The notes beneath the pieces are model-generated. The model made no database searches. It had not been told where the DNA came from and was given only the letters and a program-made list of their open reading frames with translations. DNA of 64,000 nt from positions 4,278,001 to 4,342,000 of the forward strand of contig CDROCS010000253.1 of the NCBI GenBank assembly GCA_977020255.1, written 5' to 3'. The position numbers and the translations under genes are program-made. Source of the stretch: Obrimoposthia wandeli (lineage: Eukaryota). Every line of letters starts with the position of its first letter. Position 1 is the stretch's first letter. Below are positions 19,500-27,309 of this stretch, in pieces.

Positions 19500-20306
19500 A
19501 TGACAGTTAGTTTATCAATTCAGACAAAATCTACTTGGGATCAACAACCCCCTAGTCGACACTATGATGTTCTACCTCGGTCTGTAGTGCCGTTGTCTAA
19601 AGAATTTAAAGCGATGACACAAATAACTAATCACAAACATACTTGGTCACAGCTGGCCTATTCTTGTTCAGGAATCATGCATATTGAAACTGACTCAGGC
19701 ATTTTTGTTATTCCTCCTGAACAGGCGCTGTGGATTCCTCCAAACGTAAAACATCAACATTTTTGTAAAAATAAGGTCAGTTACCGTAGCCTACATATAG
19801 ATGCCAAGTTAAGTGAAATATTAGGTAATAAAGTACGACCATTGTCAGTTGATCCCTTATTGAAGTCACTGATATTAGAAATATCAAATTGGCCTACAGA
19901 TTACCCTGAAACGGACCAGACACAGCGTTTTATTCTAGTGTTATTAGACCGCTTAGCGATAGCAAAAAGCAACGAACTTTTTATGCCTACAATTCAAGAT
20001 AAACGACTATTACCTATCATTGAAACTCTTAATCAAGAGCCCGCGAATAAATTAACAGTAGAACAATGGGCACTTAAAGTAGGTGCATCAAGTCGCACCT
20101 TAAATAGATTATTTAATCAAAATTACGGTATGGGCTTTAGCCGATGGAAACAGAAACTGAGAATATTAAAGTCATTAGAATTACTTAATAGCAACTCGCG
20201 AATTGTAGATATTGCCTTTGAGTTAGGTTATGAATCAACGTCGGCATTTATTACCGCTTTTAAAAAACACTTAGGTTGCTCACCTAAAAAATACCTTGCT
20301 AAGTAG
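19500..20306 (+). CDS. AraC-family regulator (cupin + double HTH)
   Basis: HKHTWSQL, PPEQALWIPPNVKH, SSRTLNRLF, FELGYESTSAFITAFKK. Confidence 0.92.
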   Translation: MTVSLSIQTKSTWDQQPPSRHYDVLPRSVVPLSKEFKAMTQITNHKHTWSQLAYSCSGIMHIETDSGIFVIPPEQALWIPPNVKHQHFCKNKVSYRSLHIDAKLSEILGNKVRPLSVDPLLKSLILEISNWPTDYPETDQTQRFILVLLDRLAIAKSNELFMPTIQDKRLLPIIETLNQEPANKLTVEQWALKVGASSRTLNRLFNQNYGMGFSRWKQKLRILKSLELLNSNSRIVDIAFELGYESTSAFITAFKKHLGCSPKKYLAK

Positions 20307-20367
20307 TAATTGAATAGATGAAAGGCCTATTACAATGACCTTTAATTAAGATGAGTTGAGATAATGC

Positions 20368-20421
20368 AGTGGAACGGGTATATACCCGTTCCACTTGATG
20401 GTGTAGGATTCAGCGGGTATA
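20368..20421. repeat. ERIC-like end junction: 28-bp palindrome plus 41-bp internally deleted element
   Basis: AGTGGAACGGGTAT|ATACCCGTTCCACT, then TATACCCG...CGGGTATA (20381-20421) similar to left ends at 23956 and 61898. Confidence 0.7.
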
Positions 20422-20425
20422 TAAA

Positions 20426-22147
20426 CTACTGCGTTAATCTATTCGTTAACGCTGCCGCTAAATCATGCTCAATAGTGGCAAGTTCATCTTCAAAGAAGAA
20501 CTTATCGGTATCAAACGGTTTAAGTAATTTCACATCGTTGGTGGTTTCATCGTATTTAGCTAAAAACACTTTGTCCATCCACTTCATGTTGCGCCCTTCG
20601 GTGAACATCAAAGCAAAGGCTCGTTCTCCGCCAACATCACATTCTCCCATAATCGAGATTTTACCCGCAGAAGTGGTCATAGACAGATGACGAGATGGGC
20701 GGTTAATCGATGGTAATTCACGGTATATTTTATCAAATATTTGACTAACGACACTAAGCGGCGCAGTGAAATAATGATGTTCACCGGTTGGTCTTGCGCA
20801 ATACATAGAATGAAAACTGATTAACATAGTCCCTAAAATATTAGCTAAATCTATCCAATTTTGTGCGCTGCGATCTATATCGATTGAGCCATCTTTATGC
20901 TCAAATAAACTGATATGATTCATCATCGGACTTTGACTACGAATAACCACACCGTGACGTTGCAAGCGACGAATAGCGGCAATAGTGGTTGGGTTTAATA
21001 ATTCTCGCGGTGTAGAGAAATGCGCCATCCATGCCAGTTGAATACCATTTTCATGCATTTTATCAAATACGGCTAACATCTTGTCGTACTTACGACTTAA
21101 AATCATTTCCGGTTGGAAGGTTAACGCACGTGTAGCAAGGCGAACCGTTTTAATGTGTAATAACTCTCGGTCTTCCATTAACGGCGTAATATATTGCTCA
21201 AAGCGACTCGCGGGCATGTAACCACCATCGCCACCGGTAATAAGCATATCAGTGACTTCTTTATGTACCTTTAAGTAACGATGAATTTGATCTATTTCTT
21301 TTTGGATAAACATATCTTCATCACCACGAACTTGCGCATGACGGAAACAATAAGTACAAAATGAAAAACAGTTTTGGGTAGTTTTATCAAAAATTAACTG
21401 ACACTGAGGGTATTTATGCTGACTACCATCAAGAAACTCGATTTCACCCTGCTCGTTTTCAAACCAAGGTTTATTAAGTTGTTGGTTTCCATCGTGAGGA
21501 CTGGTTTTTTCTTGGTAATCAGTAACAATGATTTTCTTCTCTTGTAAGTTAGCGACTAAGTATTCAGCCACGGTAACTTTGTTAATCATATTAGGTTGTG
21601 GCATCACTAACTGAAAAACAGAATCTTCATAAAAGTTAGTCCAGTCAATGCTATTTAAACTGTGCTTAGTCGCTAAAAATCGGTAAACCTCAATAAAGAG
21701 TTCCCGCTCTTCAATATCACCAATATCAATATTATTAGCTTCAAGTATTTCTACCACGTGGCGAAAGCCTGAAAGCCCAGTGTATTGATCTTTCTCATCG
21801 AACATATGGGCTGCTTTATCTAGTAAGCCCGAATGCTGTGGGTAAGACGCATGTAAGCGGCTGAGTAAACCCGGTGACAGTAGCTTTTCATCTTTAATCG
21901 TTTTACGAACGTCATCACTGTAGTGATATACATCCATCATATCGTTAATATCAATTTCGCTGACATCACTAATACCGTTTTTTAGACCATGGATATTACC
22001 AGTTAGTACTGAGCTATAAGACTGACAAGCACTTGAGTCAAGCTCTTTTGTATTAGTTTTATTTGGATCAACTATAGCGACATCAATATACTTTACTTTA
22101 GTTGTTGAATTTTTACTCGCTGAAACTTTATATGCGGAGTTGGTCAT
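20426..22147 (-). CDS. KamA-family radical-SAM/PLP amino-acid 2,3-aminomutase
   Basis: QHKYP, CFSFCTYCFR (CxxxCxxC plus Arg), LITGGD, AHFSTPREL, RSQSPMM, SAGKI (PLP Lys). Confidence 0.85.
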   Translation of the reverse strand: MTNSAYKVSASKNSTTKVKYIDVAIVDPNKTNTKELDSSACQSYSSVLTGNIHGLKNGISDVSEIDINDMMDVYHYSDDVRKTIKDEKLLSPGLLSRLHASYPQHSGLLDKAAHMFDEKDQYTGLSGFRHVVEILEANNIDIGDIEERELFIEVYRFLATKHSLNSIDWTNFYEDSVFQLVMPQPNMINKVTVAEYLVANLQEKKIIVTDYQEKTSPHDGNQQLNKPWFENEQGEIEFLDGSQHKYPQCQLIFDKTTQNCFSFCTYCFRHAQVRGDEDMFIQKEIDQIHRYLKVHKEVTDMLITGGDGGYMPASRFEQYITPLMEDRELLHIKTVRLATRALTFQPEMILSRKYDKMLAVFDKMHENGIQLAWMAHFSTPRELLNPTTIAAIRRLQRHGVVIRSQSPMMNHISLFEHKDGSIDIDRSAQNWIDLANILGTMLISFHSMYCARPTGEHHYFTAPLSVVSQIFDKIYRELPSINRPSRHLSMTTSAGKISIMGECDVGGERAFALMFTEGRNMKWMDKVFLAKYDETTNDVKLLKPFDTDKFFFEDELATIEHDLAAALTNRLTQ

Positions 22148-22488
22148 TACAAGGTTCTCTAAAGTAAACTCAAATTTTATGAGCTCACATTATTATTTTA
22201 AAATAGTGGTTAATAGTTGAAATAGGTATTTTATGAAGGGATTTTCAAAGAAAGCGCTACGTGAATCAAACGAGTAAAAATCACCAAGTCATGAGCTTTG
22301 GTAACAACCTTAAGAAAAGAAGATTATTACTAACCTTGTTTGATTTTAAGTAAGAAAGTGAAATGTCCCCTTGGTTATACTGGCAAGCACGTTACTTAAT
22401 AGCTCCACGATATTTATCGCTCTCTTATTGTAGCGTTGAGAGTTACTGGCAAAAGCAATCAATCATAGAGCCTATAAGCTAAAGAATA

Positions 22489-23469
22489 ATGAATTATCTA
22501 CCTAAAGAAAGACCTCAATCTAAAAAGTTATTACCCAGTACCAGTATGTTGGCCGCCTTTGATGCTGCTGCCAGAACAGGCAGTTTTACTGCTGCAGCAA
22601 AAGAACTGGCGTTAACTCAAGGGGCTATTAGTCGACAAGTAAATGCGCTAGAACAACAGCTAAACGTTAATTTATTTCATCGTAATAAACAGAATATATC
22701 GCTTACCGAAGCCGGAAGAAACTACGCTAAAGAAGTAAACTTGGCATTAAGTCATATTCGTTCAGCAACGCTTAACCTCATGACAAATCCCGATGGTGGC
22801 ATACTTAACCTTTCTATATTGCCCATGTTTGGCTCCCGCTGGTTAATGCCAAGGTTGGCTGACTTTTTAGCTCAACATCCAAAGATCACCATTAATACGG
22901 TTAGTAAGTTGTCACAATTTGACTTTTCTCATGAGGATATTCATTGCGCCATTCATTTTGGTAACGCTGATTGGTCACAAGCCAATTGTACTTTTTTAAT
23001 GGCTGAGGAAAGTGTTCCGGTATGTTCCCCTAAGCTGTTCAAACAAGCGGAGTTGGCAAAAACTGATAATGTTTGTGCAAGTTTAATCCATTTACCATTA
23101 TTACATATCGCCACCAGGCCTAATGCTTGGCAGTTGTGGTTTGATGATCACAACGTCATTTCAAAAACTAAATCAAAAACAAAAACAAAGTCAGAGCCGA
23201 AGTCAAAAGCACTGCAAGACATGCATTTTGAACAATTTTCCATAGCAACTAATGCTGCTGTCGCCGGTCTTGGCGTAGCATTATTACCACGCTTTTTGAT
23301 TGAAAATGAATTACAACGAGGCGAATTACAGATAATTTGTAACAAGCCCCAACGTACCGATAACGGCTATTACTTAGTAACGCCCAATGACAAACTTAGC
23401 TACGCCCCTATATTAGCTTTTACTCGCTGGCTAACCCAAGTGATCGCGAGTGAAAAGCTTCCTGTTTAG
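22489..23469 (+). CDS. LysR-family regulator, GcvA-like
   Basis: LPSTSMLAAFDAAARTGSFTAAAKELALTQGAISRQV, PMFGSRWLMPRL; divergent from the aminomutase. Confidence 0.9.
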   Translation: MNYLPKERPQSKKLLPSTSMLAAFDAAARTGSFTAAAKELALTQGAISRQVNALEQQLNVNLFHRNKQNISLTEAGRNYAKEVNLALSHIRSATLNLMTNPDGGILNLSILPMFGSRWLMPRLADFLAQHPKITINTVSKLSQFDFSHEDIHCAIHFGNADWSQANCTFLMAEESVPVCSPKLFKQAELAKTDNVCASLIHLPLLHIATRPNAWQLWFDDHNVISKTKSKTKTKSEPKSKALQDMHFEQFSIATNAAVAGLGVALLPRFLIENELQRGELQIICNKPQRTDNGYYLVTPNDKLSYAPILAFTRWLTQVIASEKLPV

Positions 23470-23517
23470 TAGATATCTCCTCATTGTACTAAGGTGGTTA
23501 CAATGTTTAACTATGTC

Positions 23518-23919
23518 CTAGGAATAACTTGCCGGGCGACTATCTTCCATCAGTATATCTAATTTTATTTGTGCTTTTTTTGGATTAGCTAAGTCTATTA
23601 CTTCAATCATTTCACATTCATCTCTAATCATTTCAGGAATAAGACTAGGGTAATGACGACAGTCTTCAGGTCTGTCTAAGTAAATGCTGCAGGTATACAT
23701 ATCTGGGGCTAGTGAGTCTTTCTTGGGAGCAACATCGAGAAAAGGACAACGTTTTAACCTTGAACCTGATTCAGGATCGAACCATATCTCGTTGTTTATA
23801 ACGAATTTGAATATTTCTGGATTAAATATTTCCCATAGGTCAATTTCTTCTTTTGTCGCCGAAAGATCACCTCCTCCATATTTAATACAACATTTTCCGC
23901 ATTGATTACAATCTTTCAT
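23518..23919 (-). CDS. YkgJ-family cysteine-cluster protein
   Basis: CNQCGKCC, CPFL, CSIY..RP..CR.YP. Confidence 0.85.
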   Translation of the reverse strand: MKDCNQCGKCCIKYGGGDLSATKEEIDLWEIFNPEIFKFVINNEIWFDPESGSRLKRCPFLDVAPKKDSLAPDMYTCSIYLDRPEDCRHYPSLIPEMIRDECEMIEVIDLANPKKAQIKLDILMEDSRPASYS

Positions 23920-23955
23920 AGTTCGCTATTGAGTAGGATGGACACAATTTTATTA

Positions 23956-24128
23956 TATACCCAAACCACATGAAGATGCAGGTTTCAGCTGGAATTAGAA
24001 ACGCCTTTAGGCAAGGCATTGATTGAAGAGAATAGTTATTCTATTGTCGAAATCAATAACGTAGCATAAAGCGTTTATAAACCAGCCCTATGCCCGTGAA
24101 ACACACAGCTTCAAGTGGCTTGGGTATA
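23956..24128. mobile_element. ERIC-like MITE, 173 bp
   Basis: TIR TATACCCAAACCACATGAAGATG vs CAGCTTCAAGTGGCTTGGGTATA (20/23), TA ends. Confidence 0.75.
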
Positions 24129-24181
24129 TCATTGATATTATTTTTAGATCCCCGTCTGTTACTATTTTCCAACGATGGTGC

Positions 24182-25138
24182 TCAAGAACAAGGTAAGTAG
24201 ATAATAAAAGTAGTGCCTTGTTTTTCCTTACTAGTGACTTTTATTTTACCCTCGTGTTTTTTAATAATGCCAAAGGAGACTGATAAGCCTAATCCTGTAC
24301 CAACACCTACCGGTTTAGTGGTAAAGAAAGGGTCGAATATTTTATTGATTATCGCCTGAGGTATACCGTCGCCATGATCGCTTATTTTAATAGTCAGGTA
24401 CTCCTTGCCCTCTTCCTGCTTAATTCCAGTAGATATATCTAAAACTCCTTTATTTTTTGTTGCATGAGCCGCGTTTATAAACATGTTTAATAAAACTTGG
24501 TTAATTTCGCCTGGATGGCAATAAATTTTAGGTAATTCGATTAAGTTTTTATTTACCGTTAAGCAATATTTCAGATCATTCCAGACAACTTTAAGAGACT
24601 CCTCAATAAGTTTATTAATATCGCAAAGCTCTTTTTCAAAAGAACCGGAATGACTTACCTTATTCAAATTGGTCACTATTTCTTTAACTCTATTTAGCCC
24701 TTTGTCTGTTTCAGCCAGCATCGGCTTTATATCACCATTAATATAATCAATGTCTTCTTGCTGTCTTAATTTTTGATAGGCTTTAGCAATGTCATGTGAT
24801 GCTAGCGAGGGCATAGTGGTGATCATAAAATCATCTAACCTTAATAAGGAGTCGACATACTCAGACAGCACAGTTAAGTTACTAATTGAGTAACCTATTG
24901 GATTATTAATTTCATGAGCAACGCCTGCAGCAAGCTGACCTATAGAGGCCATCTTTTCAGATTGTATTAGCTGATGCTGAGTAGATTTCAGTTCTTTTAC
25001 GGTCGATTCAAGTTTAATACAATTATCATAAAGACTACGCGTTTTGTTATCTAATAAATGTTCCGCAAGTAACCTCGCTTTTCGCTCTCGCTCATAAGCA
25101 ACTCTATAGGGGTCTGGCTTATTCATTATGACCTTCAA
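24182..25138 (-). CDS. Soluble histidine kinase paired with H-NOX (HnoK-like); likely start at 25126
   Basis: No TM; YERERKARLLAE..L..KTRSLY coiled coil; GQLAAGVAHEINNPIGY; PFFTTKPVGVGTGLGL; ATG overlaps the H-NOX stop. Confidence 0.88.
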   Translation of the reverse strand: MKVIMNKPDPYRVAYERERKARLLAEHLLDNKTRSLYDNCIKLESTVKELKSTQHQLIQSEKMASIGQLAAGVAHEINNPIGYSISNLTVLSEYVDSLLRLDDFMITTMPSLASHDIAKAYQKLRQQEDIDYINGDIKPMLAETDKGLNRVKEIVTNLNKVSHSGSFEKELCDINKLIEESLKVVWNDLKYCLTVNKNLIELPKIYCHPGEINQVLLNMFINAAHATKNKGVLDISTGIKQEEGKEYLTIKISDHGDGIPQAIINKIFDPFFTTKPVGVGTGLGLSVSFGIIKKHEGKIKVTSKEKQGTTFIIYLPCS

Positions 25139-25673
25139 AAGTTACCACTAATTTACACCGCGTAGCGTCATGATGCATACACTCAGGATGCTCGATTGAT
25201 ACTTTTTCATTGAATTGATCTGCGGCACCAAAAATTAAGCCAATACTCACATGGCATAACTTACGTTTAGAGCTGTAATACATAATAAGAGTGTTTTCAT
25301 CTACCGTTTCATATTCGAAAGTGGGTAAATAAGCATTGGGATGAAGGCGTTTTACTTCGACATGGATAAGGCCATCTATGGCAAGTAGAAAGCTTTGTAA
25401 GCTATCTATTGTGGAGATATCTATCGGGCTGGTATCGTATAATTTTTTAAATAAATATCGACCAAACTTTTCAATTAACGGTTCGATTTCAATGCCGGTT
25501 TTAACAGATAGTGCTTTGACCATGTTTATCAGTTCACTATCTTGGTATTGCTCTCCGCTGGTATATATTCCTTGTGATGGAGGGTCCGTTTGTTCAATTA
25601 ATTCATTCCACTGTTCCATTCCCATTTGTTCAATAATCATATCTGAAAATGCTGTATATATAGATCCTTGCAT
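25119..25673 (-). CDS. H-NOX heme-nitric oxide binding protein
   Basis: MQGSIY, YTSGEQYQDSE, proximal His IHVEVKRLHP, YSSKR (YxSxR), LCH..HPECMH..RC. Confidence 0.9.
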   Translation of the reverse strand: MQGSIYTAFSDMIIEQMGMEQWNELIEQTDPPSQGIYTSGEQYQDSELINMVKALSVKTGIEIEPLIEKFGRYLFKKLYDTSPIDISTIDSLQSFLLAIDGLIHVEVKRLHPNAYLPTFEYETVDENTLIMYYSSKRKLCHVSIGLIFGAADQFNEKVSIEHPECMHHDATRCKLVVTFEGHNE

Positions 25674-25802
25674 AGTCTCTCCATTATTTTATTAACATGA
25701 CTAAAATATTAATAAAAATAATCACATTAATCCAGTCTAGTAGTTAAATGATTAAACTCATACCTGATATATACCGTAGAGCTATTACTAATCAAAGTGC
25801 AG

Positions 25803-25882
25803 GAAACCTGCATATTGAATGGTAACGGGTATAATACCAATCAGACTAATTTATTGATCACTTAACGTGAATTACAGGTATA
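25803..25882. repeat. Solo ERIC-like end abutting a ~48-bp ATACC...GGTAT mini-element
   Basis: 25803-25833 is the reverse complement of 61898-61928 with one mismatch; followed by ATACCAATCAG...TACAGGTAT. Confidence 0.65.
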
Positions 25883-25901
25883 AAAAAGGGTGCCACTGGC
25901 A

Positions 25902-27263
25902 TAATGCCGATCAGTTAAGAAATTTATAACTTGATTAATTTGCTAATGAGATCAAAATCCAGTGATTGATATCACTGGATTTTTTTATGCAACTTTCTAC
26001 CGCTCTTTCTTTAGTTAATTCAAATAGTGTTACCGAGTTCCAAAATTTAGCAGACATTTTGTCCCCAGAAATAATTAGTGCGGGGCTAAAAGAGCACGGT
26101 ATATCTACCATTCGAAAACGCAAGCTGCCTATGGAAAATATGGTCTGGGCTGTCATTGGTATGGCGCTTTTTCGTAAATTTCCAATGCGCCAAATGCTTA
26201 ATCAACTTGATATTATTTTACCCAGTGGTATCCCCTATGTTGCATCAAGTGCGGTCACACAAGCGAGAAAAAAACTCGGTAGCAAAGTCATAGAAACTGT
26301 CTTTCAACAAACACAACAACAATGGAACCAAGATGCGCATCACAGTCAATGGTGTGGTTTGAACCTTTTAGGTGTTGATGGTGTTGTATGGCGGGCGCCA
26401 GATACAGATGAAAATAATCATGAGTTTGCGAAGACCGGGACGCAACATGGCAAGGCCAGTTACCCACAAGTTCGCATGGTATGTCAGATGGAACTAACGA
26501 GCCATTTATTAACGAATAGTGTCTTTGATAGCGTTGACGTTAACGAGATGAATCTTGCCTTAGGATTAATTGATAATACCCCAGATCACAGCCTAACATT
26601 ATTCGACAGAGGCTTTTATTCATTAGGTTTGTTGCATCGTTGGCAAACAACGGGTCGAGACATTGGTTAATGCCGCTTAAAAAGAACACTCAATATGAAG
26701 TGATTAGAAGTTTTGGACGACAAGATAAATTAATTCAATTAACGACGACACCGCAGTCACGAAAAAAGTTTCCAGAATTACCGAATGATGCAAATAATAA
26801 CGCAATGTCGATGACCCAATGCGTTTTCCGCCTGCTGATATAATCGATTTATATGTACATCGTTGGGAAATTGAACTTGGATTCAGAGAAATGAAACAAT
26901 CGTTATTAGACAACCGATTTACTTTACGAAGTAATCAGCCTGAACTCATTAGGCAAGAGTTATGGGGCATATTACTTGCGTATAATTTAATACGCTATCA
27001 GATGGTGCTAATGGCAACATCACTCGATGGCATTCATCCTAATCAATTAAGTTTTCATGGTGCATATTATTCATGAGTTAACCCAATTATCATTCTGTAC
27101 ACCAGGAAACATCCCCAAATACACGATGAATATAACAAAATCAGCTAAACAATTCGTATTACCCGGTAGACGAGAACGGCAATATCCGAGGGTGCTGAAG
27201 TGCTCAAAGAATAGGTACCCAGTTAAAAGTAAAAATGCCGTTCACCTTAAGTGAACGGCATTA
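25902..27263 (+). mobile_element. IS4-family insertion sequence, 1362 bp, with TIRs and 10-bp target duplication
   Basis: IRL TAATGCCGATCAGTTAAG, IRR CTTAAGTGAACGGCATTA (16/18); GCCACTGGCA at 25892-25901 and 27264-27273. Confidence 0.92.
25966..27254 (+). pseudogene. IS4 transposase broken into four ORF pieces
   Basis: [64 protein letters not shown] spread over different frames. Confidence 0.9.
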
Positions 27264-27309
27264 GCCACTGGCACCCTTTTACTAATAACCTATTTTAATC
27301 AAGAGTCGA

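Noticed and set aside
20426-22147. Calling the gene kamA or epmB
   Set aside because: Lysine-binding Asp residues appear absent; no efp/epmA or kam genes nearby; too long
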